Part shown: in pieces, positions 9,789-20,600 of the stretch
Numbering within the stretch: the stretch's first letter is position 1
Layout of the letters: each line of letters begins with the position of its first letter
Assembly: GCA_048938105.1 (NCBI GenBank)
Contig: JBHLMN010000005.1
Coordinates: 207,036-239,035, forward strand
Source: Promethearchaeota archaeon
GTDB taxonomy: Archaea; Asgardarchaeota; Heimdallarchaeia; Hodarchaeales; Hodarchaeaceae
DNA length: 32,000 nucleotides
Direction of reading: 5' to 3'
Notes under the pieces: model-generated
What the model was told of the DNA's origin: nothing
Databases searched by the model: none
Seen by the model: only the letters and a program-made list of their open reading frames with translations
Program-made: the position numbers and the translations under genes

Positions 9789-10358
9789 GTGGCAATAATT
9801 GCAAAAATCTGCTTATGTGGCGATGGGGAGGTAGGAAAAACGTCGTTACGTAATAGATATTTAGGCCGAGGCTTTCAGAGTGATTACTTGCCAACTCTTG
9901 GTTCAGATTTTGTATCAAGAAAGGTTATGATAAAAAGTAGTTCAGAATCTAAAGAGATTCGTTTTCAAATCTGGGATCTAGCCGGTCAACCAGCATTTAA
10001 TCAAATTAGGCCCCTTTATTTTAAGCAAGCTGTAGGTTCCCTACTTATATTTGATATTACTAGACCAAAAACATTATACAATTTAGAAAGATGGGTGGAT
10101 GAACTCAACCAGAATTCTGGTTGTACAAAAATGGCAATAATTGTACTTGGCAATAAATCGGATTTAAAGGATGGAAGTACAAATCAGGTTACAAGAGAAG
10201 AGGCAAAAAAGTTCATTAAAAACCAGTTAACAAATCAATCTTATAATTGCATTGATAATACAATACCTTTTTTCGAAACTTCAGCAAAAACAGGTGAAAA
10301 TGTTAATCAAGCATTCGAAGAACTAGGATTAAAAATATATTCAAATTTTTATTATTGA
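9789..10358 (+). CDS. Ras/Rab-superfamily small GTPase
   Basis: G1 GDGEVGKTS, G2-region T (YLPTLGSDF), G3 DLAGQ, G4 NKSD, G5 ETSAKTG. Confidence 0.95.
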   Translation: MAIIAKICLCGDGEVGKTSLRNRYLGRGFQSDYLPTLGSDFVSRKVMIKSSSESKEIRFQIWDLAGQPAFNQIRPLYFKQAVGSLLIFDITRPKTLYNLERWVDELNQNSGCTKMAIIVLGNKSDLKDGSTNQVTREEAKKFIKNQLTNQSYNCIDNTIPFFETSAKTGENVNQAFEELGLKIYSNFYY

Positions 10359-10396
10359 CAATGATAAAGATTTGCTGAATAATAGAACTACTGAAC

Positions 10397-10510
10397 AAAA
10401 TTTCCTTATGTGGAGAAGGAGGTGTGAGAACAATTTTCCCTATGATGTATATTTCTCTTACCTTATTTTTGGACTATCTTAACAAAAACGTATTTAAATC
10501 TGAATTCTAA
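10397..10510 (+). pseudogene. Possible remnant of a second small-GTPase gene start
   Basis: Open frame KISLCGEGGVRTIFP... against KICLCGDGEVGKTSL of the adjacent GTPase; nucleotides around CTTATGTGGNGANGGNG are also similar. Confidence 0.3.
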
Positions 10511-10840
10511 ATTAAATGATCGGTTCTACAGAGGAATTTTCAATTTTGTTGTGAGAAGACAATAGCACGTTTCCCCAAAGGGTCTGAACTTTGGAAACAC
10601 TAAGTTTTTTCCTTTGATAATATGATTCTTTATACTTTGCTATATCCTTCAGTTGATTGGGAAGTAATTGATGCCTATAAAACGCAATGATTATCGGATT
10701 AGTGGTGTCATGCAACTTCTAGCATCACTATTCCAAGGTCATCATATCAAGGGAACCAGAGAAATAATTTCTAAATCTGATCATCTTAAGTAATGAAGAA
10801 ATAGCATCGCACAATCTGCCCTATATTGTTGCTAGACATC

Positions 10841-10868
10841 CCAAGTTCACAAAAGGCTGGATTAACAC
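10841..10868 (+). repeat. Dispersed 28-nt motif, copy A
   Basis: CCAAGTTCACAAAAGGCTGGATTAACAC; 26/28 identical to 29442-29469. Confidence 0.6.
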
Positions 10869-10897
10869 AAACAATTGGTAAAGAAAACAATAATAAA

Positions 10898-11473
10898 TTA
10901 GATTTTTTTGATTGCTTTTATGAAGAACCATTTTTCATGATTTTCTGTAATCTCAATGTGAAAATTGGTTTCAACGAGTGTTTTTTTTATTTCTGCTAAA
11001 CTACGATTCTTTCCTCTTGAACCATAGCCTGTTTTAATTTTTTTACCATTAGGTAGGATGATTTCTAGTTTTATAAGAAATAAATCTTTGTCATTAGATA
11101 TTTTTGCATCCCAAATCCAAAATTCTCCGTTATTCTTTAAAACACGATACACCTCTTCACATATTTTTCCAAAGGTCTCCATAGACATATACATTCCACT
11201 GAAAAATGTTGTAGCATTGTCAAAATGACCATCAGAATAAGAAAGATCAGTTGCATCAGCCAGAATCCAGTTTGCAGTTGGAGCATTAGGTTTTGCCTCA
11301 TCAATTTCGTGCTGATTCTTGTCTATAGCAGTAATTCTTTCATTTCCTATTTGGGCAATAATTCCTTCCCCACCTCCTCCGATATCAATCACTGAACCAT
11401 CTGGAATTGAATCAATAGTAATTTTGTGAGATGGTGTGAGAAAATACTTAATATATGGTATATATCTGCTCAT
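10898..11473 (-). CDS. Class I SAM-dependent methyltransferase
   Basis: VIDIGGGGEGIIAQIG...ITAIDKNQHEIDEAK...WILADATDLSYSDGHFDNATTFF. Confidence 0.88.
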   Translation of the reverse strand: MSRYIPYIKYFLTPSHKITIDSIPDGSVIDIGGGGEGIIAQIGNERITAIDKNQHEIDEAKPNAPTANWILADATDLSYSDGHFDNATTFFSGMYMSMETFGKICEEVYRVLKNNGEFWIWDAKISNDKDLFLIKLEIILPNGKKIKTGYGSRGKNRSLAEIKKTLVETNFHIEITENHEKWFFIKAIKKI

Positions 11474-11867
11474 TATTTCTCACACTGGGTATTTTACAAA
11501 CATACAAAGTTGTGTATGAAATTTACAGAAGTATCTTTTATAGTTACTCTTTCCTGCAAATTTCGTTCAACATGGAATCATGGATTGGTTAATGGATGAT
11601 TGGAATAGTAATTAGTAGTATTGGGTATTCTTGGGGTGTAACTACAAGAAAGCTGACTAGGCAATAGCTTTACGACTAATTTATCAGTTGATATCAAAAA
11701 TTAAATCGGATATTCCAATATGACGGGAGGATATATAAGTAAGAAAGTTTTTCAAGACATTCCAATCTAAAAGGCCAAATTATGTAAGAATCTTTGAATG
11801 GATACCAAAAATAAATAGCAAAAATGCATAAATAAATAGCAAAAGTAGAGAGAAGTAGGAAACTTCA

Positions 11868-12737
11868 ATGGTATTATTTGATATAATTTGGACAGAACTA
11901 CTGAGAGATCTGTTTCCATGGGCAGTTGACGCTTTCAAACTGATTACAGAACTTGGATCGAGCGCTATTTATCTAGCAATAATTTTAATCATTTTTTGGG
12001 GGATCGATAAAAGATTAGGTATGGTAACCACTTTTGTTTATATCGGTTCTTCTATATTAAATTATTGGGTCAAAGCCATTTTAAAATATCCTCGACCAGC
12101 TCCCAGTCAGTGGTTAACTAGTGCAGCGAACTATAGCCTACCTAGTGGACATGCCCAAAGTGCAACCACGTTCTATGGCTGGCTTACTCTAAAAATTAAC
12201 AGATGGTGGATGTTTATTATTGGAACAACTTTGATCATCCTTGTTGGGATTTCACGTATTTATTTAGGAGTACATTGGCTAGGAGATGTGTTACTTGGCT
12301 GGGGAATTGGAATAGTGATTATCATATTGGTTTGGCGCTTTGAAAATCCTATTAGTGATTATCTCTCCAAGTATAATACCTATCATCTATACATAGGCCT
12401 TGTGATTTTAGGAGGAATCGCTATGGTTCTTACTGAATTAATGCTCCCTGTCCCCACTGATAATTTTGGTGGCAGTGTAGGAATTGTTATTGGCATAGGA
12501 ATTGGTTTAGCCCTTGAAAAGAAATTTGTAAACTTCACAGTTAAAACTCCAGAAAAAGAGACATGGAAAATCTTTTTACGTATAAGTATAGGCTTAATCT
12601 TAGTCCTAGTTGTCTATTATGGTACATCTTTATTCTTAAGTTCTGAAGATGTTTTAACGGCAGCTCTTCTCTATTGTCTTATCGCCTTAGTTGGGGCTTT
12701 TGTCTGGCCTTTGATCTTCTCCAAGATAGACCTTTAG
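11868..12737 (+). CDS. PAP2-family membrane phosphatase
   Basis: K(6)RP-like KYPRPAP, SLPSGHAQSAT, SRIYLGVHWLGDV motifs and multiple TM segments. Confidence 0.92.
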   Translation: MVLFDIIWTELLRDLFPWAVDAFKLITELGSSAIYLAIILIIFWGIDKRLGMVTTFVYIGSSILNYWVKAILKYPRPAPSQWLTSAANYSLPSGHAQSATTFYGWLTLKINRWWMFIIGTTLIILVGISRIYLGVHWLGDVLLGWGIGIVIIILVWRFENPISDYLSKYNTYHLYIGLVILGGIAMVLTELMLPVPTDNFGGSVGIVIGIGIGLALEKKFVNFTVKTPEKETWKIFLRISIGLILVLVVYYGTSLFLSSEDVLTAALLYCLIALVGAFVWPLIFSKIDL

Positions 12738-12831
12738 ATAAAATTACATAATTATTACCTAATTTGCTAATGTCGGAAAAGGCGTGATTAAGATTATCAA
12801 TAAATCAAACGTATCATTGAATCACAGGTGA

Positions 12832-13161
12832 TTAATCAATTTCGTATTTTGAAGCTATTTTCACGATAAGAAATATAACAAACGCTATTATAATGAATGT
12901 GACCAATTCTCCGAGGAAATGGCCGATTAGAAAGTCAGCATTACCAATTGAATAAGTTATTTGATTCCAAGGGATATCTGTTGCACCAGGAAAGAGCTCA
13001 AAAATGGGCATGATGAGATCATTAACTAGTGCTTGAACGAGAGCGCCTAAATAGATGCCCATAATAAAAGCAACAGCTAATCCCAAAACTTTATAATTCT
13101 TGAGAAACTCTTTAAACTCTTGCAAAAGATTTTTTGGTTTTTCTTCAGTCTCAGTTGTCAT
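12832..13161 (-). CDS. mscL: Large-conductance mechanosensitive channel MscL
   Basis: FKEFLKNYKVLGLAVAFIMGIYLGALVQALVNDLIMPIFELF...GHFLGELVTFIIIAFVIFLIVK; typical two-TM MscL. Confidence 0.88.
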   Translation of the reverse strand: MTTETEEKPKNLLQEFKEFLKNYKVLGLAVAFIMGIYLGALVQALVNDLIMPIFELFPGATDIPWNQITYSIGNADFLIGHFLGELVTFIIIAFVIFLIVKIASKYEID

Positions 13162-13451
13162 TTTTACACCTCAAAGAGAAAAAAACTAATCTATTACTCC
13201 CCTGCTATTATTAAAAAACTTTACTACTCTTTGGAATTGGACAATTTTATAACTTTTTGAGAAGCAGACATAAGAATTTATGACATTTATAGCAAGAACT
13301 CCTTATTTAAAAAGAGCACACACAGGTTTTTTATTGCGATTCGTCTCCAGAGATAAATTAAACTCATTCCCAACCTATAATCGATTAATACTAAAGGACC
13401 TAACCATTAAACTAGTAAGAACTGAAAAACAGATACATTCCAAGTTATAGA

Positions 13452-16232
13452 CTATTGCCATGAACTAATTCGATCCGCTTTTTCTACAAACCTTGCAGAT
13501 AAGCTCTTCGTACGAGCTTGTAGAAGAATTTGGCGGCCTTCCAGGGTTCGTGTATAAATAATCTCCATATTCCCGACATATTTAGCCCAATTTTTGCTAA
13601 ATTCTTGGGCATATTCCTTATTTGTTGCTAAGATAGTGGGAAGGCCTAAATAATCCTGTCGCCTGAAAATTCTAGCCCAGATGGACTTTCGTTTCAAGAG
13701 ATAACGGGGATTCTCAATCGGACTTAGGAGTTCCTCAAGCGCATCAAGAAAAACCGACTCCTCTCTTTTGGTACAATTTTGAATGTAACATCTAACTGCC
13801 CCCAAGTATGTCTCATCTTTTTCGGTTTTAATGATGATTTCTTTAAAGGATGTTTTGATTTTCCCAGTCTTGCACAGGGATAATAATAATGCAGTCGCAA
13901 CCTGCTTCATACTACCTTTCAAAGGACCATGTTTTAAAAAAAGCCATGTAGCTTTGAAAAAATAAGGTAAAAAGATCAAAAAACCGATAAAAAAGCCTAA
14001 TAGAAGGAGGAGTAAAAGAAAATCTAACTCTCCATAGAATCGTACATTACTCAATCCCCGAAGGTAGAGTGCAAGAAAGAATAAAGAGGTCATCATTCCC
14101 TGCCAAACAATAGCAGCTATAGTATTTGTAAAAACATAAAAACGGGGTAGACTCGCGGGGTGTGTTCTGACCCCATGCACAAGCTTATAGCCTTTATTTG
14201 ATTGTAAAGCTTTTTCCCAGTCTTCTACCATCTTGCTTCGATTAATAGCCATAGTCTTGGTCAATTGGTTATAATTTTTTAATTCCGTGGAGGTTATTGG
14301 AGGTTTTTTAATATTCAGACGTTCAAGTCCATTTGTAATGATAGGTTTATCAAAAGCAACCCCAAGAAAACCCTTGAATCGTCGTTTTAACATGTGAAAA
14401 TCACCTCCAATGGCATTTTGATCAGGAAGGAAACTAAGTCTAGCTTTCAACGAAGGTAAATCTAAACACACTAGATGCCAAATATTAGCAGTCTTCATTG
14501 GCTTGGTAGGATCAATTCTAATGGCTCTACCACGCATTTGATTACTAAGCATGTAAGAACCAACAAAAGAAGCTAGTACAAGAGAGTTGATTGAAGGTGC
14601 ATCCCACCCCTCTCCCAGGAGCGAAGTAGTTCCCACTAAGACATTCAACCCGCCTTCTGTGAATAATCGGGTGATCACTTCAACACGTTTCTTTTTATCT
14701 GCAGCCTTAAACCTTATTCGAAGATAATTGGGATCATGCTTCAATTCTGTAATTGTTATTCGATCCAAAGGGATTTTCTCATCCTCAATGATTTGGTTAA
14801 ATAAAAATTGACTTATTTGGGGAATGATTATAATTGATCCAGTCAACACTCCCAATTTTGGTTCATTCATTCCTCTTAAATCTGATTTTAGGAAATGTCG
14901 TATTTCTTCAAAGATAGGAATTACCCCTATCTTGTTAATCACTACCTCATCCTGGGGATTCTTGGGTAAATATTCTTTTCGAATATAATCTGTTAAAATG
15001 ACTTGTCGTAACGAATCCCTGAGATGGGTTGATTCTAAATCCACGATTTCAACTATAGACCTCAATTTCGATAGACTTTGTTTCAAAATGCGTTCTATCT
15101 CTTCAGCACCCTCTAAGTCTACTTTTCTTCGTTCAATCGCCCCCAAAGTTTTCAATTGATCGTGAATTTTAATTAAGAATGGGGGAAGATCATCTAAGGA
15201 CGAATAGGAATTAAATATCAGACCTGTGAATAAAATCTCCAACCACGCAAACGAGATTTTAGGTAAATCTTTTGGATCTGAATTTATAATTTGCAAAGTT
15301 TTCCTCGGAAGTACCACCCCAAGACAATTAAGATATACAAGCATACTGGAAAAAAAGGCTGGTTCTTCTAGGATAGATTCTATATGAATAGTTGGGTCTT
15401 CAATCCATGGGTGGGTGAGTAAAAAATCCTTAAGTGAATCATAGTGCTTAATACCTTCAATAAGATCCCAAACTCTGTTTCTAAAGCGCAATATTTCTGT
15501 TGATTCATCATCAGTTGGCGTGGAAAATAAAACATAATCTTGATGATAACAGAGATTCCTTTCTTTCACAAGCTCAGGAACACTGACTTCTGTGTCAACT
15601 GGACCGCATAATTGCGTATAACGTTCCCATTCTGTAGGTAGAACATCATACGGAGGTGTTGCAGTCAGCGCAACAATGGTGCTAGGGGCTAACTCCTGAA
15701 TTATTTTCCATAGGTTCATCCACCAGCTTCGTCGTAAATGATGGGCTTCATCGACGACTATAGTTCCGACGTTTTGATTTTTTAAGAGATTTATTACATT
15801 AATTTTCTGGGTTGATCGCTTTTGAGAATTTTTCTCCTCTATTTCCTCCTCTGGTTCTTCAATATCTTCATCAAGGCCACACATGGCGCTATAGAGACCT
15901 TGATATGTGGAGACGGTTAAAAATTTGGGTTCTTTAATTATATCAGATATCCAAGACGGTCTCTGTTGATTGGGAATAAAATTGGTAACAAATCGGTCGA
16001 CCCATTGATTTTTAATTGCGATAGTAGGTGCAAAAATAATAGTAGGTCTGTTGAGCCTTAAAATGACTTCTAAACCTAATATTGTCTTACCTGATCCTGG
16101 GGCTGCCACAATATGTAGCCGAGAATCATCTAAATATTCTTTCAACTCCTCTAAAATGCGCTTCTGATAAGGTCGCCAAGGATACAGAAATCTTAGATTT
16201 GGAGGAAATCGCTCCATAAGCCCTACATTCAT
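13452..16232 (-). CDS. Superfamily 2 DEAD/DEAH-type helicase with large inter-motif insertion and C-terminal membrane module
   Basis: YPWRPYQKRIL (Q-like), AAPGSGKT, VVDEAHH, ALTATPP, VGTTSLLGEGWDAPSIN, QMRGRAIR; C-terminal TM segments TIAAIVWQGMMTSLFFLALYL and FLLLLLLLGFFIGFLIFLPYF. Confidence 0.9.
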   Translation of the reverse strand: MNVGLMERFPPNLRFLYPWRPYQKRILEELKEYLDDSRLHIVAAPGSGKTILGLEVILRLNRPTIIFAPTIAIKNQWVDRFVTNFIPNQQRPSWISDIIKEPKFLTVSTYQGLYSAMCGLDEDIEEPEEEIEEKNSQKRSTQKINVINLLKNQNVGTIVVDEAHHLRRSWWMNLWKIIQELAPSTIVALTATPPYDVLPTEWERYTQLCGPVDTEVSVPELVKERNLCYHQDYVLFSTPTDDESTEILRFRNRVWDLIEGIKHYDSLKDFLLTHPWIEDPTIHIESILEEPAFFSSMLVYLNCLGVVLPRKTLQIINSDPKDLPKISFAWLEILFTGLIFNSYSSLDDLPPFLIKIHDQLKTLGAIERRKVDLEGAEEIERILKQSLSKLRSIVEIVDLESTHLRDSLRQVILTDYIRKEYLPKNPQDEVVINKIGVIPIFEEIRHFLKSDLRGMNEPKLGVLTGSIIIIPQISQFLFNQIIEDEKIPLDRITITELKHDPNYLRIRFKAADKKKRVEVITRLFTEGGLNVLVGTTSLLGEGWDAPSINSLVLASFVGSYMLSNQMRGRAIRIDPTKPMKTANIWHLVCLDLPSLKARLSFLPDQNAIGGDFHMLKRRFKGFLGVAFDKPIITNGLERLNIKKPPITSTELKNYNQLTKTMAINRSKMVEDWEKALQSNKGYKLVHGVRTHPASLPRFYVFTNTIAAIVWQGMMTSLFFLALYLRGLSNVRFYGELDFLLLLLLLGFFIGFLIFLPYFFKATWLFLKHGPLKGSMKQVATALLLSLCKTGKIKTSFKEIIIKTEKDETYLGAVRCYIQNCTKREESVFLDALEELLSPIENPRYLLKRKSIWARIFRRQDYLGLPTILATNKEYAQEFSKNWAKYVGNMEIIYTRTLEGRQILLQARTKSLSARFVEKADRISSWQ

Positions 16233-16623
16233 AGTAATTACTTTTATACCTCCTCCTCTTTATATATTTAAGTATATAAGAAAAATCTACTAACGATTTA
16301 AAGTTCCTTTACTTAGTACTATACTGGATATTTTTACTTAACTAATTTAATGTCAAAAAGGAACCCGTCCCTTCATGGTGGTTATTATTATAGAATAAAC
16401 ATCAAAATTTCGATATGGTGATCAGAAGTTATTCGCTGCCTATCCCTTCCTTGACAAGACAGAGATTTGGGTACACTTCCGATCAAAATAGGAAAAATAC
16501 AATAAAATCGAAAAATAGGGATTCTTCCCCAAGCAGGATTGGCTGCTAAAATCTTAATTTAAAAATAACTTTTAGATTCCTATATATACATGATCTAATT
16601 TAATACATATTTGAAGAGAGAAT

Positions 16624-17349
16624 TCATTCTTTAATCTCAGCTCCACAGTGAGAACAGAACTTTTGTGCCCCTTGTACAATCGCTCCACATTTTGAACACA
16701 CAATTGTATCCGTACGAGGGAGAATAGAACTACCATTAGTTACAGTCGGAGGAACCGCTTTGTGAGAGGAAACAAATTGTGTTTTAGGGGAGATTCCAAT
16801 TGTATAAATGGACTCGGTTTGTTTTCGGTAACGGAAGTATAGAAATCCAATTATGCCAGCTCCTCCGAGGACAACAATAATCACCACTAAAGCATACCAA
16901 GGGAAAACTGGATTATCAATAGGTTTTTTTGTGAAAGTAACGTTATCAGATATTTCAATCCTAATATTGTCCCGTTCGGTTTTAGAGTCAATTGTATATT
17001 TTGTTTTAGTCGTTTGGGAGAGCGTTTTTGAGTCCTCTGGCTGCATATCACCAAAGAAAAAGTCTACTGTCTTAGTCAATTCCTCAATTCCTTGGTAGGT
17101 CTCATAAAGTTCAATGTAAATCTTGATGTCTTCGTAATAATAGGAAGATTCAATGCAGCGGCATTCAACAGTTAAGGTTATATCCCAACGTTCACCATAA
17201 TGACCCTCTCCTTTAGCATTGCACGTTATATCAAAGTAGTATTTATATCCTTGAAAAGGTGAGCCTAAAACACTAACAGAAGAAAAGATAGTTATTATTA
17301 TGAATAAAACTAACTGAAAACTATTTTTTCTCATTTTAACCCTCTTCAA
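16624..17349 (-). CDS. Membrane protein: signal peptide, extracellular domain, single TM and C-terminal zinc ribbon
   Basis: MKRVKMRKNSFQLVLFIIITIFSSVSVLG; TM WYALVVIIVVLGGAGIIGFLYF; C-terminal CSKCGAIVQGAQKFCSHCGAEI. Confidence 0.8.
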   Translation of the reverse strand: MKRVKMRKNSFQLVLFIIITIFSSVSVLGSPFQGYKYYFDITCNAKGEGHYGERWDITLTVECRCIESSYYYEDIKIYIELYETYQGIEELTKTVDFFFGDMQPEDSKTLSQTTKTKYTIDSKTERDNIRIEISDNVTFTKKPIDNPVFPWYALVVIIVVLGGAGIIGFLYFRYRKQTESIYTIGISPKTQFVSSHKAVPPTVTNGSSILPRTDTIVCSKCGAIVQGAQKFCSHCGAEIKE

Positions 17350-17655
17350 AACACAAATTGAATGAATTCTATAAATAACAACTGCTTAAAATCATGTACT
17401 ATATATTTTAAGCTGTGTTAAGCCAATCCCCGTTCTCTCTAACTTTTTAGAAAGACATTAGCTCTGCTGTTTATAGGAATGAAATTAGTTCCAGAAGACA
17501 CTGTTATTCTGCTGCTTCTGATACTTATTCCCACTTTTATATATTTGGATAAGAACATATTCGCTATTCGTCGTTTATTCAATGAATAAAAGTATCTTAC
17601 TTGATGTAATAGTCTTAATTTCCTTTAGGAAGAGAAAAGAATAATAACGATGTTC

Positions 17656-20600
17656 TCACATCTCTTCCTTCTTTTTTTGAAAATTGTGCTTAACCATAAG
17701 AAAAATCATTTCTCCCTGCAAAGAATCATTATCAATGGATATATTAGAATTTAACCATGATCCATCCCATAATTCAATCGAAACATTTTCTCCAGCAGAA
17801 ACCACCCCATTAATCGTTATACTATAAACTGGTTCATCTTGAGGTATACCAACTGCTTGATGTTCCCATTGTAAATGAAAATCATCAACCAAAAAAACAT
17901 TCTCTTCTGAACCATACAATATCTCTACTGCATTATTTACATCTAATGAAGAAGATAATGATGTTGCAGTCGAATTGCCATAATAAAGATAAATTACTTG
18001 ATTAGATGTAGATAAATCACCATCCAGCTCCACCCAGAACCGAGCATGTTTCCCAATAGTGCCATTAAGGAATCCTTTTGATCCCCATGCATACAGTTTC
18101 ACAAAATCAAAGTCTGATCCTGCAATATGCCACTCTGTATTATAAATTATAAGTTCCTGATCATATCCACCACGAGGAATAAGGCCATAATGCCACCCTT
18201 TTCCAGACACATAATCAAAAATCGTTTCTTCTAAGGTCCATATTTTACCATTCCAAGAATACTGAGCAAAATCTCTAGTTGGAGCTCCAATATATGCTGT
18301 AATATTAGTAGAATCATGAACAACAAAATCAATAGTAGGACTATTTCTATAAAATCCCTGATTCACTTCCTCTACAGCCGACCAAGATGAAGAAGTCTCA
18401 TTCCAATAACGAAACATAACCTTCTCTTGTCTTCCATCTATTATCCCCCACATAATATACGGATTTGAATTACTATCTACATGCACTGTTTCAGAAGCAC
18501 ATGGATCTGTTTCAGAATCATACACCCAGCATGAATACTGCTCAGTATTATTAATCATCGTTCCCATATCGTAATCAGAAGCATTAAACAGATGTCCTGA
18601 TGTTACATTTAAATAAGCATAAAAAATACTTTCATATTGAACAGATCGTGTGATATTATACCGTTTCCATACAAGATGAAGAATCTCTGGATTATTAGGA
18701 TCTAATTCACCCTGTTCTTGGTAAGGTCTTTCTGCATTTGCACCACCGTTTAGGTTCAAATCAATAATTGTTTGGCTATTACTCCACGTATATCCTCCAT
18801 CGGTGGAATTGCAATAAGCTATCACCAATCCTACACCTCCATAAATTTCACGATAATGTAAATGGACCACATCATTAGTAGAATCGTAAAAAAGATGTGC
18901 ATATGTTTGATCAGGACTCCCATCGTCTGATGTTCCCCATACGCCTGTCATATTCCCCTCATTCACATGAGTCCAACTTTGAATAGATTCAGGTGTTTGA
19001 GAAACATAGTGTTGAAAGTAGTCATTGTGGGAACCAGCAAACACATGAATATACCCATCATTAGTTACATAAACAGCAGGAGACCCATGACCATCAGTAT
19101 AACCAAGAACATTTTCACTAATATAAACCACATCTCCCCATGTGTCATTTTCATGGTCATAATAAGTAATATGTATATTCATATAATGTTGATTACTTGA
19201 TTGATCCAAGTCTCCCTGAAATACAAGATATGTTCGATTATTATAATAGTAAGCTGCTGGATAATTATAAGGATAATGTCCATGAAAAACAGAACTGTTA
19301 GTAAAATAGCGATAAGAACTATCTTCCTCATACGTCCTTTCAAGCCAATAATTAGGCAATGTCTTACCCTGATCATCAGTAAAACGAATATCATCAAAAT
19401 CCACTTGACACTTTCCATCAGTAAAAACGCGAATTCCATGATCTAAAGATGACTGAAAATAATCTCCATAGTAGACATCAAGAGGAATAACATAATTTTG
19501 ACCTGTTGAAACATCACGAGGTATAAATAACAATTTTCGATAATCCCACCCCTTTAACCATGATACTTTCTCAATATAAGTCACATTCACAAACGCATGA
19601 TGAGAATTCACATGTTCATACGCCTCCAATTGATTGTCAGTAGCAAGAGAATAAGATAGATACCGATCTAACGAAAATTGCACTCCAAAATAATTACCTG
19701 ACGACCAATCGGCTAAATTGACCTGATCTTGAAGCATATCGGTAATATCTGTTGTAATCCATTCCCCCGCATTCTTATTGAATGTATGATGAGCTATATT
19801 AGTATCTACAACCTCTGGAATTACTGAATCCCTCTCAAGAGGCCCAACATTACTCTCATTGATTCTTCGGATAGTAGCATCATATTCAATAAACTCTTGA
19901 ATTTCCCAAACAGTCACTGTGGCATATTGTATTGTTGAATATTGTGGAATAGCAAGACTCCAACGAAAATTTGAATACGCTCGCCCACGTTTGTCATCGT
20001 AACACAATCTTCCAATAGTTTCTTCCGTATGATGAGTCCATCCAGACTTGTATTGCCAATAATCATCATCCATCCCAGCTGCAATTGGAACGACAAGATT
20101 CCTAGATAACTCCTCCTGATAACTAATATTTACATACGCATGATGAGAATCTGGATGTGAATAATCTTCAAAACTATTACTAGCAGTTATTTCTGAAACC
20201 ATTATAAACCGAACTCCAAAATAATATTCTGACTGCCACCCAGCAAGATTTACCTGATCTTGCATCATTGCAGTAATATCAACAACCCTCCACTCATTTC
20301 CAGTTTTGTCCCATTCATAATCAACAGAATTTTGAGAAGTCACTACAGGCATTACGGTATCTGCCTCTAAAGAACCAACATTGGTTTCGTCAATACGCTC
20401 TACTATCGTATTACCAGTTGTACCATCCACAATTTCCCATAGTGTTAAAGTAGCTGATAATATAGTAACTCCCTGATTTAGATTAATCTGAAACCGCATC
20501 TGCCCAAAATTCGTTGCTATAGCTGAAAGATCCCCTACTCGTACTTCATCTGACGTAGTATAATGTGTATAAGCTCCCGCTTCCTCCTGATTTCCAAAAT

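Noticed and set aside
13452-16232. Helicase as Cas3 or a restriction subunit
   Set aside because: No HD or nuclease motif and no methylase or cas partner genes; C-terminus is a membrane module instead.
18967-20096. ORFs at 18967-19200, 19179-19439, 19201-19446 and 19914-20096
   Set aside because: Alternative frames inside the 1420-aa surface protein; low-complexity translations with no domain signal.
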